Source: Mobula hypostoma
Taxonomy: Eukaryota
NCBI RefSeq assembly: GCF_963921235.1
Contig: NC_086097.1
Coordinates: 53,818,001-53,882,000 of the forward strand
Direction: 5' to 3'
DNA length: 64,000 nucleotides
The notes beneath the pieces are model-generated. The model made no database searches. It was not told the origin of the DNA and saw nothing but the letters and a program-made list of their open reading frames with translations. Positions within the stretch are counted from its first letter, which is position 1. Each line of letters opens with the position of its first letter. This document shows, in pieces, positions 12,845 through 24,831 of this stretch. The translations under genes and the position numbers were made by a program.

Positions 12845-13822
12845 TATTTAAATATATATTAATGATCTGGATGATGGGGTGGTAAATTGGATTAGTAAGT
12901 ACGCAGATGATACTAAGATAGGTGGAGTTGTAGATAACGAAGTAGGTTTTCAAAGCTTGCAGAGATTTAGGCCAGTTAGAAGAGTGGGCTGAAAGATGGC
13001 AGATGGAGTTTAATGCTGATAAATGTGAGATGCTACATTTTGGTAGGACTAATCAAAATAGGACATACATGGTAAATGATAGGGCATTGAAGAATGCAGT
13101 AGAACAAAGGGATCTAGGAATAATGGTGCATAGTTCCCTGAAGGTGGAATCTCAAGTGGATAGGGTGGTGAAGAAAGCTTTTGGTATGCTGGCCTTTATA
13201 AATCAGAGCATTGAGTATAGGAGTTGGGATGTAATGTTGAAATTGTACAAGGCATTGGTGAGGCCAAATTTGGAGTATTGTGTACAGTTCTGGTCACCGA
13301 GTAATAGGAAAGATGTCAACAAAATTGAGAGAGTACAGAGGAGATTTACTAGAATGTTACCTGGGTTTCTTCAGCTAAGTTACAGAGAAAGGTTGAACAA
13401 GTTGGGTCTTTATTCTTTGGAGCATAGAAGGTTGAGGGGGGACTTGATGAAGGTATTTAAAATTATGAGGGGGATAGATAGAGTTGACGTGGATAGGCTT
13501 TTTTTCATTGAGAGTGGGGGAGATTCAAACAAGAGGACATGAGTTGAGAGTTAAAGGGCAAAAGTTTAGGGGTAACATGAGGGGAATCTTCTTTACTCAG
13601 AGAGTGGTAGCTGTGTGGAATGAGCTTCCAGCAGAAGTGGTTGAGGCAGGTTCGATGTTGTCATTTGGAGTTCAATTGGATAGATATATGGACAGGAAAG
13701 GAATGGAGAGTTATGTGCTGAATGCAGGTCGGTGGGACTAGGTGAGAGTAAGAGTTCGGCACGGACTAGAAGGGCCGAGATGGCCTGTTTCCATGTTGTA
13801 ATTGTTATATGGTTATATGGTT
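12845..13822 (+). mobile_element. 5'-truncated CR1 LINE (RT C-terminus and 3' UTR)
   Basis: ORFs 13003-13542 and 13484-13741 (MEFNADKCEMLHFGRTN...LVRPNLEYCVQFWSP...FFTQRVVAVWNELP); tail (ttatatgg)n. Confidence 0.93.
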
Positions 13823-14418
13823 AATTGGCAAACTGAACTCATCCCTGTGTCAAATCAATCCGACCTGAGTATACATCAAGAACATCACCCTACAATCTTG
13901 GTTTACAGGATCACTGTGGCTTTGGCATGGGATACTAGGAGAACTCGTTTGGAAAATACATGCACTTTTGTCATGGCCAAGAATCACCCTTCAGTGGCAA
14001 AGCTGGGACAACAACTTAACCTTGAAGAAGTATCCCCACAAATATTTAGTGGTTGAGAAGCTCCCTTGTTTTGACTTGTTGCCACATGGGGTATGTTCAA
14101 GGATCATTCTCATGCCCTGAAACCAAGGTGTCAACAAGTTTGCTGAACCGCCAATTATAGTAAAGAACTACCTCAGAAGGCATATCATGGATTCAAGTGT
14201 GTACTTAAATACAATATTCCCACTGATTCCTCGGAAACTCTAGCCCACGAATGCTCAAATGCAAAAGGAGCAATGGGGATGATATTGAGAATCTTGACGT
14301 CATGGGTCAGGGGCACTCACAAGCCCTGTGTAAGCAGCTGAAGCTTGCAGGCCACCTTACAAAGTAACCACCTAACTGGACTGTCAGTTTAGTGTCAAGA
14401 CACTAAACTGTTACTTAC

Positions 14419-14463
14419 TGCAGAGATACTTGCAAAGAGCAGTTCAATCCTCTCTTCTAATTG
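14419..14463 (-). CDS. Candidate 45-nt phase 0-0 internal coding exon (QLEERIELLFASISA), gene unidentified
   Basis: tttgcttcatgtCTAATgtatttttcag|exon|gtaagt: branch-point-like CTAAT, pyrimidine tract, consensus donor. Only frame 0 is open. Confidence 0.45.
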
Positions 14464-14709
14464 CTGAAAAATACATTAGACATGAAGCAAAATCCTGAGA
14501 GTTTACATCATTGCGTTCATATTCTTTTCCTTTTTATTCCAAAAGGTGACTCAGACATTCTTATTTTCTGATGGACTTCAGTGTTCAAGGCTGGTGCAGT
14601 GGAGCTCACATGCATCAGGCAGAGCACCACTCTAGTCAAACAGTTCTACAATGGTACTTTCCCTGCATTACCTACAAGTACAGCACCAGAAGAATTCTTG
14701 CACTTTCTA

Positions 14710-15012
14710 AGTCAAAGTAAGTTTATTATCAAGGTACATACATCCCACCAAATTTTACTCTGAGATTCATTTTCGTGCAGGCATTCACAGCAGAACAAAA
14801 AAATACAATAGAATCGATGAAAAACTATACATAAACAAAGACTGAGAAACAATCAATGTGCAAAAGACAAATAGCGCAAATAAAAAATAAAGAGAATACG
14901 AGTTGTAGAGCCCCTGAAAGTGAGTCTGTCAGTTGTGGAATCAGTTTAGAGTTGAAAAATGTGAGTGGAGTAATCCATGCTGATTCAGGAGCCTGATGGT
15001 TGTCGGGTAACA
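14710..15012 (-). mobile_element. Rex1/Babar 3' UTR fragment
   Basis: Similar to 7257-7580 and 52333-52670 (ctgagattcattttc...gagcctgatggttg). Confidence 0.75.
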
Positions 15013-15489
15013 TATGTTCTGCGCTACTTTGATGACAGCCATTTTATTTCAAAGACCTCATTTTCTGAAGTTCCAATACAATTCATACAGTTACGAAAAA
15101 TTTGGGATAAGATCCAGACAATGTGAAGCACCCACTGTAAAATGACATCCATAAATTAGGTGCTAGTGTAGGACACTAAAATTAATTTTTCTTTCCGATA
15201 GGTAGCTTCTCTGTAATTAACACTTCCCATGGGGAAACATGATTGAGAAGTTGAACTGCAAAGTGGAACAGTGAGAAATGTGAAAATAGGCACACCAATA
15301 CCAAAACCTTTCAGTTGAAATTCCCCAGCCAGAGATCCAATGCTCAATTTCACAACCTGCTATGTGCTTTGTGTTCATTAGTACTAACCCAAGTATTATC
15401 TGGTCCAGAGACCTTGGTTCAGTTAATAAGCCATTTAAAAGCCTCTTTAAAATTTATCTCACCTTTCATTGCAGAAAAAAAAGACACTC

Positions 15490-15890
15490 ACTCCTGATGA
15501 AGACCTTTTGAAGCACTTTCACTGTTATAATGTAGACAAACATCAGCCAAACTGAGCACAGCAAGGTGTTCTCGATGCTGGGGAGGCCAGTGCCCATGAT
15601 GGAGCTGGCCAAGTTTACAACTTTCTGCAGCTTTTTCCGATCCTGTGCAGTGGCCCCTCCAGACCAGATGGTGATGCAACCAGTTAGAATGCCCTCTATG
15701 ATACATCTGTAGAAATGTGTGCAAGTCTTTGGTGACATACCAAATCTCCTCAAACTCTGAATGAAATATAGCCACTGTTGTGTCTTCTTTATAACTGCAT
15801 CAATATGTTGGACCCAGGATATATCATCAGATATGTTGACACGCAGGAACTTGAAACTGTTCACCCTTTTCACTGCTGATCCCTCAATTT
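15490..15890 (-). mobile_element. Rex1/Babar ORF C-terminal fragment
   Basis: ORF 15466-15933: VKRVNSFKFLRVNISDDISW...LRRFGMSPKT...FYRCIIEGILTGCITIW. Confidence 0.85.
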
Positions 15891-16911
15891 TCCCTAAAAT
15901 ATACAAATCGAACGACTTGTCACATGGCTCCATGAACTGCCATTTGGATTTAATTATTGCCCTTTAGAGTGACCAATCCTGAGTGACAACGGTTGCATGG
16001 TTTCTAGGGTTAAGATGTATTCCAAGTTTCAACAACTGCTCCTTTATGTATTTTGTATGGCCTAATTGCGAGGTCATCCTAAAGCAAGAGTGAAAAGAGT
16101 TGAAACTTACTGAATCTTTGAGCTTAACTCTCATCAAATGATCCAGTGAAACTATATTCATTATCTGTGGTTGCTTAAAATAACTAAGGATTCTGGTTAA
16201 CTCTTAAATGTGTGGATATGCCATTATTTTTGTTATATCATGGATGGATCTTGCTGCACCTTTTAGAACTTTGCCTCAAAATGAATCTTCAATTATACCA
16301 CCATCATTAATTAAAGGGCTATTTTCATCCCTTCCATTCATTTTATAACTTTTCAGAATGCTTTAGAATTCTGCATTGAGGAGGAAATACTAAAGATTAT
16401 CTCTGTGGGAACTCCCATAACTGACCACTCCAAAACACTTTTACAAAAGATCCCTTTCTAATCTCCTACTCTGGTCATGTTCCAGCTTTATTGAAATCTA
16501 GCTAAATTATAATATTTTGAAAGATCTAAGTGATGTGGCAGGGGTGAGCTATAATTGGTATGTCAACCTGTCAACCATAATACTTTGTGTTGAATTCTTT
16601 CCAGCCTGTACTCCACTGATGACAGGGCTTGTCCTAATGCACCCATCACTTGTCATATTATAGTCCAGGATAGGCACAGAAGATTCAAAGCTGCTCAGTT
16701 GTTCAGTGAAAATGGAATGCAGACCTGCTCAAGTCTTCAGCACAGAGTTACAGAGTATATAACTGGATGATAATCACACATCGAAAATGTCAAAGGGTTT
16801 ACTCCCATTGATCAAGTGTACAACTGCTGGACTGAACCTGTATAAAAGGTAGTTTTTTGGTCCAGGTACATTAGACCAGATCGTTTGAATGTCAAGATTT
16901 ACCTAAAAATG

Positions 16912-17006
16912 AAAACATCACAGACGCACACACAGACATGCAGACACACACACACACACACACACACACAGACTCACACGCATGCAGGCACATGCCAAAA
17001 AAAAAA
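16912..17006 (+). repeat. CA-rich microsatellite insert with an A10 tail between 13-bp direct repeats
   Basis: ttacctaaaaatg at 16899-16911 and 17007-17019; A10 at 16997-17006. Confidence 0.7.
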
Positions 17007-17599
17007 TTACCTAAAAATGGCAAAGGATTTGGTGCAGAATGAAGAAAGGATTCTTTGTTTTTAATACCTCTGCTGCTTTGAAATAATATTTAAGTCATTG
17101 ATTTGCAGGATTTTCAGCCATCATTTTTTACTTCATAGAAATTCCTTACCCCTTTTTGCATCTCCCTTTTCACTTGGTTGCAAAAGCTGATGCAACCTTT
17201 TGAAACTTCTTGTTAATTTACTCTCAAAATTTGCCACCTCCCTCTCTTAGAATTCTTTGGTCATTTGTGGCTGCCCCCTGAAACTCTACCAATCCTCAGG
17301 CTTACTGCTCTCAATGATAACATTATAAGTTTCTTGTAATGTAATTTTATCTCTAATCTCATAGTTAGCTAAAAACAGATTGTTTTTCTCACAAGGATTT
17401 TTCTCTGCGGAATGTGGATTAGTTGAGAATTTTTCAATGTTTTTATAAATGATTAACATTACTTATCTATTGTCAAATCTTTTGTCCAATTTCCCAATTT
17501 ACCCTTCATATTAACATGACTGTTTTTATTTCAGTTTGAGTCCAACCTGAACTGTAAACATAATTCTAATCATGTTATGATATTTTTCTTTGGAGGATC

Positions 17600-17895
17600 C
17601 TTACAAGTTAAGGGGCAGTGATTTAAAACCAAGGCGTGCAGGAATTATCCCCCTCAAAGATGGTGGTGAATCTCTGGAATTCTCTATCCTAGAGGAGTAT
17701 GGAGACTAAATCAGTGGAAGTACTTAAAGAGGAGGTAGATAACTATTTAAAAGAAATATCTGCTATTTGAGGGTTGTATGGAAGTAGCATAAAAGCATTG
17801 AGACCTGGGGCAGATCAGTCATGACCATATTGACTGGCAAGTTTGGGAGCGGGCTTGTGTCTTGCTCCTTCTCCTAGTTTCTTGTGTTCTATGAG
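17600..17895 (+). mobile_element. Degenerate CR1 3' end
   Basis: ggtggtgaatctctggaattctctatcc...gatcagtcatgaccatattga...cttgtgttctatg resembles the CR1 3' end at 54770-55011. Confidence 0.65.
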
Positions 17896-18144
17896 GTTAC
17901 TAATTAACACTATTTCAATAGACCAAGTCTAAGATAACCGGCTCTCTAATTGGAGACATTTCAGATTTCTCCAATCTGAAAACTGCCCTAATGTTCAAGA
18001 AGTTGACCTCCAGTCTTCTTGTTGTCAATCTGATATGCCTTGTCTATGTGAAGTTTAAGGTCTCCCATGAACATTGCATTTAGCTTTGCTCCAAGCTTCT
18101 TCATTTTGTGTTTGTTCTTTTGTTTTAATTACTACGCTGTAGGT

Positions 18145-18351
18145 TGTTGTTGTTCCTTTTCACGCCTTGTGGTGCATCGGGCAGCATTTTTTGCTGTTTC
18201 CATTGCATTTGATTTTTTTTTAAATGATGCTGACTTGCTACCTTGACGATCAATCTACCACGGATGGAAAGCATGCAAGGAGCCAGCTGGATTCGATCTT
18301 GGGACCATTTGCCTTGAAGACCGATGTTAATGCCACTACACCGCCAGCCGT
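18145..18351 (-). mobile_element. tRNA-headed SINE with (AAC)n tail
   Basis: Head ggctggcggtgtagtggcatt...gatcgaatccagctggctcc; TSD ctacgctgtaggt (18132-18144) / ctatgctgtaggt (18352-18364). Confidence 0.8.
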
Positions 18352-19059
18352 CTATGCTGTAGGTAGGTGTCCTGTAAGTCACTCTGACGCATGTTTCTTG
18401 TCATCTCCTATCTCTCCATTTAATTTTTGCTTCTATTGTCATGTTGCTCATATTACCAGGTCCACCTCTCTTTTCTATTTTGCTTATTCATTCTGGAGTA
18501 ACCTAGGTTATTTAATTCCCACCTTAGTCATCCTATGATCATGTCTTCAAGTATCTGCAAGGTCATCTCAATTTGCTTCTGTTTGTGCCATTTGTTTCTA
18601 CAGCAGAAGGCTTGGAGAGGCTTATTGGAGAGAACACTGGATGAAATAGTCAGTCTGTTAAATAGAGATCTCAATCTAAAGATGGAGAAATAAAATACCA
18701 GTCCAGGTAAGATACCCTGGTGAACAGCAGGTGGAGATCTGCAAAAATTAATGAAAACAGAAGCCTATAAGCAACAACTTAAGATGATTTTAAACTCCTA
18801 CAGATGATTTGTACCAGGGTGTCTCTCCTTTTTAATTTCTCCACAAAACATCACCTAGTGCAGAACATTCACACAGGCAAACTACTCCGCAGCTTCCGAA
18901 TTAGCAAGTGGCAGAGTATACACACACTTCACTGAGATGAATGAAAACTGGAGTAATTCAAAGATTGAGAGAAAAGATTTTGATGAAATTCTTGAACTTT
19001 CTTTGTAAAGAACCAAAGGGGGTATCATGGAATGCTAATTATCTCCAGGATTCACTACA

Positions 19060-22000
19060 GGATCAGAATCAGGTTGGTTATCATCGACTTATAGCGTGAA
19101 ATTTGTTGTTGTGTGGCAGCAGTAATATGCAAGACATAAAAAATTACTACAAGTTATAATTAAAATAAAATAAATAAATAATGCAAAAAGGGGGATAGTG
19201 AACCATAGAACCATAGAAACTACAGCACAGAAACAGGCCCTTTGGCCCTTCTTGGCTGTGCCGAACCATTTTCTGCCTAGTCCCACTGACCTGCACACGG
19301 ACCATATCCCTCCATACACCTCTCATCCATATGTATCTGTCCAATTTATTCTTAAATGTTAAAAAAGAACCCGCATTTACCACCTCGTCTGTCAGCTCAT
19401 TCCATACTCCCACCACTCTCTGTGTGAGGAAGCCCCCCCCCATGTTCCCTTTAAACTTTTCCCCCCTCACCCTTAACCCATGTCCTCTGGTTTTTTTCTC
19501 CCCTTGCCTCAGTAGAAAAAGCCTGCATGCATTCACTCTATCTATACCCATCATAATTTTATATACCTCTATCAAATCTCCCCTCATTCTTCTACGCTCC
19601 AGGGAATAAAGTCCTAACCTATTCAACCTTTCTCTGTAACTGAGTTTCTCAAGTCCCGGCAACATCCTTGTAAACCTTCTCTGCACTCTTTCAACCTTAT
19701 TAATATCCTTCCTGTAATTTGGTGACCAAAACTGAACACAATACTCCAGATTCAGCCTCACCAATGCCTTATACAACCTCATCATAACATTCCAGCTCTT
19801 ATACTCAATACTTTGATTAATAAAGGCCAATGTACTAAAAGCTCTCTTTACGACCCTATCTACCTGTGACGACATTTTTAGGGAATTTTGTATCTGTATT
19901 CCCAGATCCCTCTGTTCCACTGCACTCCTCAGTGCCTTACCATTAACCCTGTATGTTCTACCTTGGTTTGTCCTTCCAACGTGCAATACCTCACACTTGT
20001 CAGTATTAAACTCCATCTGCCATTTTTCAGCCCATTTTTCCAGATGGTCCAAGTCCCTCTGCAGGCTCTGAAAACCTTCCTCACTGTCCACTACACCTCC
20101 AATCTTTGTATCATCAGCAAACTTGCTGATCCAATTTACCACATTATCATCCAGATCATTGATATAGATAACAAATAACAATGGACCCAGCACTGATTCC
20201 TGTGGCACACCACTAGTCACAGGCCTCCACTCAGAGAAGCAATTCTCTACCACCACTCTCTGGCTTCTTCCATCGAGCCAATGTCTAATCCAATTTACCA
20301 CCTCTCCATGTATACCTAGCAACTGAATTTTCCTAACTAACCTCCCATGCGGGACCTTGTCAAAGGCCTTACTGAAGTCCATGTAGACAATATCCACTGC
20401 CTTCCCTTCATCCACTTTCCTGGTAACCTCCTCGAAAAACTCTAACAGATGGGTCAAACATGACCTACCACGCACAAAGCCATGTTGACTCTCCCTAATA
20501 AGCCCCTGTCTATCCAAATGCTTGTAGATTCTGTCTCTTAGTACTCCCTCCAATAACTTACCTACTACTGACGTTAAACTCACCGGCCTATAATTTCCCG
20601 GATTACTTTTTGATCCTTTTTTAAACAACGGAACAACATGAGCCACTCTCCAATCCTCCGGCACTTCACCCATAGACAGCGACGTTTTAAATATTTCTGC
20701 CAGGACCCCTGCAATTTCAACACTAGTCTCCTTCAAGGTCCGAGGGAACACTCGTCAGGTCCCGGGGATTTATCCACTTTAATTTTCCTCAAGACAGCAA
20801 GCACCTCCTTCTTTTCAATCTGTACAGTTTCCATGGTCTCACTACTTGATTCCCTCAATTCCATAGATTTCATGCCAGCTTCCTTAGTAAGTACAGACGC
20901 AAAAAACCTATTTAAGATCTCCCCCATTTCCTTTGGTTCCGCACAAAGCCGACCACTCTGATCTTCAAGAGGACCAATTTTATCCCTTACAATCCTTTTG
21001 CTCTTAATATACTTGTAAAAGCTCTTTGGATTATCCTTCACTTTAACTGCCAAGGCAACCTCATGTCTTCTTTTAGCCCTCCTGATTTCTTTCTTAAGTA
21101 TTTTCTTGCACTTCTTATACTCCTCAAGCACCTGATTTACCCCCTGTTTCCTATACATTTCATACAACTCCCTCTTCTTCTTTATCAGAGTTGCAATATC
21201 CCTTGAGAACCAAGGTTCCTTATTCCTATTCAATTTGCCTTTAATCCTGACAGGAACATACAAACTTTGCACTCTCAAAATTTCCCCTTTGAAGGCTTCC
21301 CACCTACCAATCACATCTTTGCCAGAGAACAACCTGTCCCAATCCACGCTTTTTAGATCCTTTCTCATTTCTTCAAATTTGGCCTTCTTCCAGTTCAGAA
21401 CCTCAACCCTAGGACCCGATCTATCCTTGTCCATGATCAAATTGAAACTAATGGTGTTATGATCACTGGAACCAAAGTGCTCCCCTACACAGACTTCTGT
21501 CACTTGCCCTAATTCGCTTCCTAACAGGAGATCCAATATTGCATCCCCTCTAGTTGGTCCCTCTATATATTTATTTAGAAAACTTTCCTGAACACATTTT
21601 ACAAACTCTAAACCATCTAGACCCCTAACAGTATGGGAGTCCCAATCAATGTATGGAAAATTAAAATCCCCTACCACCACAACTTTATGTTTCCTGCAGT
21701 TGCCTGCTATCTCTCTGCAGATTTGCTCTTCCAAGTCCCGTTGACTATTGGGTGGTCTGTAATACAATCCCACTAATGTGGCCATAACTTTCCTGTTTCT
21801 CAGCTCCATAAGGACTCAGTAGACAAGCTCTCTAATCTGTCCTGCCTGAGCACTGCTGTAATATTTTCCCTAACAAGCAATGCTACTCCCCCACCTTTCA
21901 TTCCTCTGCCTCGATCACATCTGAAACATCGGAACCCTGGAATATTAAGCTGCCAGTCCTGCCCCTCCTGTAGCCAAGTTTCACTAATTGCTACAACATC

Positions 22001-22660
22001 ATAATTCCACGTGTCAATCCACGCCCTCAACTCATCCGCCTTCCCCGCAATACTCCTAGCATTGAAATATATACACCTCAGAAGATTTTTACCACCACTC
22101 ACAACCTTTCTATCAGCGGATTTGCTTAAACTTTCAACATCATTTATTTTCACCCCAGCCACACTGTCAGCTCTGGCACTCTGGTTCCCATCCCCCTGCA
22201 AATCTAGTTTAAAGCCTCCCTAATAGCATTAACAAACCTCCCTGAAAGGATATTGGTCCCCCTGTGGTTCAAGTGTAACCCGTCTCTATTGTACAGGTCT
22301 GATAGTGCGATAGTATTCGAGGAGCATTCAGTAATTAGATGGCAGAGAGGACCTGCTCCCTGATTGTAGTCATGAGAAGAGAGCATGTCTCAGATGGTGA
22401 GGGTCCTTCCTGAGGCAGCACCTATTGAAGATGTCTTCAATGGTGGGATAGCTTGATGAAAATGGCCAGGTCTGCAACCCGCTGCAGCCTAGTTCAATTC
22501 TTTGCCTTGGAGCGTCCATACCAGGCAGTGATGCTCTCCATTGTACATCTGTACACAAGAGTCTTTGGTGCTATACCAAATCTCTTCAAACTTCTAATGA
22601 AGTATAGATGCTGGTGTGCCTTCTTCGTGGTCGCGTCAATATGTTGGGCCCAGGTCCAGA
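19060..22660 (-). mobile_element. Rex1/Babar 3' fragment (19060-19200 plus 22301-22660) split by a CR1 insertion
   Basis: 3' tail at 19062-19200; coding remnant beyond 22301 (PTIEDIFNRCCLRKDPHHLRHALFS). Confidence 0.7.
19201..22300 (-). mobile_element. Young CR1 LINE: ORF1 C-terminus plus near-complete ORF2 (APE endonuclease and RT) with frameshifts
   Basis: ORFs 21800-22201 (CIYFNARSI..AISETWL), 20733-21809 (VVGDFNFP..SDHN) and 19147-20751 (GVPQESVLGPLLFVIYINDL..KFADDTK); ORF1 end DGLHLNHRGTNIL. Tail (ttctatgg)n; 7-bp TSD gatagtg at 19194-19200 and 22301-22307. Confidence 0.96.
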
Positions 22661-23033
22661 TGGGGTGGGAAAGCTGTGCAAAACCAATGGCAACATATCA
22701 ATTCCCTGTTAAAAAGGAACAACTTTCAACAGGTTATAGGAAATATTTTGCTACTAAGTATAATTTGACATTCTGAATAGAATAAGCAGACTGTAATTTA
22801 AGAGTAGGTTAAAAAAAACAATTGTTTGTACTCCCATTGGAACAAATGAACAGGGTGGAAAGTTGACTCAAGTATTTAGGGAATTAAATGAAGATCAATA
22901 TGCAAAATATTATTATGAGAAATACTACTAAAGGACTGATAAACCGTTCAATTCCATTTTCAAGAATTCAAGACTGTTTAATGTCATTAATGCAGCACAA
23001 AAGTACAATAAGATAAAAATAAAAAACAAAATA

Positions 23034-24355
23034 CACCTTATCCTCATTATATGCAAGGGATACGTTCCACGAAGTTGACACATAATATGAAATCGCTTAA
23101 TGTGAATAATTATTTAAATGGAGAAAATAGGGACGCGTTCCAGAGGGCTTCCTAAATATGTTTTATCTGTAATTTATTCACATTTCTATACCAATACCAC
23201 ACAAAAGCAATACTACAAGACAACATTTATATTATATTTAATCAATTTAAGGTAATATTCAATGTAATAAATCATAGAAAGTTAACATCCTCTGGCGTAC
23301 AGTACACACCAACGGTGGCAGGTGTGTTCACTCCCGGAGATGAGTGGTGGTTGTGGTGTCAGGCAGCTTTACATGGATAAGGTGGATGGTTGTGGTCGTC
23401 AGGATCATATCAAGCACAGCAAGGGGTGAAGGAAGACTCACAGAACGCTTAGAACTGCCGGCAGCAGAAGATTACAGCAATTTGCATAAAATGATGATTG
23501 CTTGGCAGCATTTTGTTTTAAATTTGCTTGTAGGGAAGAAGGGTTGACGGCAGGGAACGACTGAAATGCTGACTCCGTTCTAAACTTGGGTCCATGTCCA
23601 TCGCCATTTGTGTCAAGTGTTCTGATTTCCACCATTCCCTCACCGTTGGTAAACTCCTGGGATTTTGAAAATCGTCTGTTGCTTGCAGCATCTGAGAGAT
23701 AGTTCGCTGTAAAAAAAAACGCACGCCTTGAATATGGATCACACCAGTTGAGTGGTTGAATCAGCGAAGTTGTGTTAGGTGGCAGGAAACGCACTGTTAT
23801 GTTAGGATGAATGCTGTCCAAATGTTTAGGATGGACTGGCGCATTGTCAAGCAACAGAACTTTAAAGGCAAGATCCTGTTCTGGGCAGTAGCGTCCCAGA
23901 GCTGTGTTACCTTCAGCTGATGCCGCGCTGTTTATAATTTCCAACTTTTTTTCAAGTGTCAAAGTGGTTCTCTGCCGTTCAGCTGACGGCCCAGGACATG
24001 ACATCGGACGCTTAGGAGGCATAGCTAAATATTTCAAGTGCAAAATCACTGCACCGTAGGTAAAACCAACAAAAGTTTAAGATCGCGCATCCACATCTTG
24101 CCAAAACCAATGTGAGACTGGCGGGAGAGAGATTGTGAGGCGCGCGCACCTGGCTTGTATTGGCGGGAAAGCGGTGCTTCTCGTCTCAATGGTGGCACTG
24201 TGAAGCGTGCACACGTGTCTTGTATTGGCGGGAAGGCAGTGCTCCTCGCATAAATGTGAATTTTGGACGCATATGACGAGACGTTGGTAGAAATAAGTTC
24301 CTTGCATAACTGTGAATCCGCATAGTCTGAAGACGCATATAACGAGGATAGGGTG
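23034..24355 (-). mobile_element. Tigger/pogo-family DNA transposon, multiply deleted
   Basis: TA TSDs at 23032-33 and 24356-57; TIRs caccttatcctcattatatgc / gcatataacgaggatagggtg. ORF 23438-24049 joins an HTH start (RQRTTLTLEKKLEII) to a DDE segment (LLLDNAPVHP...FLPPNTTSLIQPL). Confidence 0.93.
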
Positions 24356-24601
24356 TAAATATAATTACATAAGAAAACTTATATACATATGTTATTTGTA
24401 TGTCCATAAAGTGAAACTAGGGCCAGGAGTGTCCGTACATTAGGTGACTCTGACGGGAAATGATAAAGCACTGGTGGTGGGGGTTGCAGAGGGGTGGGTT
24501 AGTAGGTGGAGATGTTGATCAGACTGACTGCTTGGGGAAAGGAACTGTTTTTGAGTCTGACTGTCCAGATGTGGATGCTACTTAATCTCCTCCCTGATGG
24601 G

Positions 24602-24831
24602 GAGGGAATGTTGACTCAGACCATGAGGGGCTTGTGTCGGGCATTTTCATGGCTTACAAGGCGCAGATTGCAAGTCTGTGTGGGACGCCACTCCTCGCAC
24701 AGATACTAGAGCAATGTGTGGTTAAGTGCCTTGCTGAAGGACACAAAAACGTTGCCACAGCTGAGGCTCGAACTAGTGACCTTCAGATCACTAGACGAAC
24801 GCTTTAACCACTTGGCCACGTGCCCAACAAA
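24602..24831 (-). mobile_element. tRNA-derived SINE
   Basis: Minus head gggcacgtggccaagtggttaaagcgttcgtctagtgatctgaaggtcactagttcgagcctcag with A and B boxes; direct repeat tccctgatggg at 24591-24601 and 24832-24842. Confidence 0.8.

Noticed and set aside
24740..24826. tRNA-like sequences here and at 4370-4426, 10723-10790, 26380-26450 and 58050-58128
   Set aside because: These are SINE heads continuing into SINE bodies, not tRNA genes.
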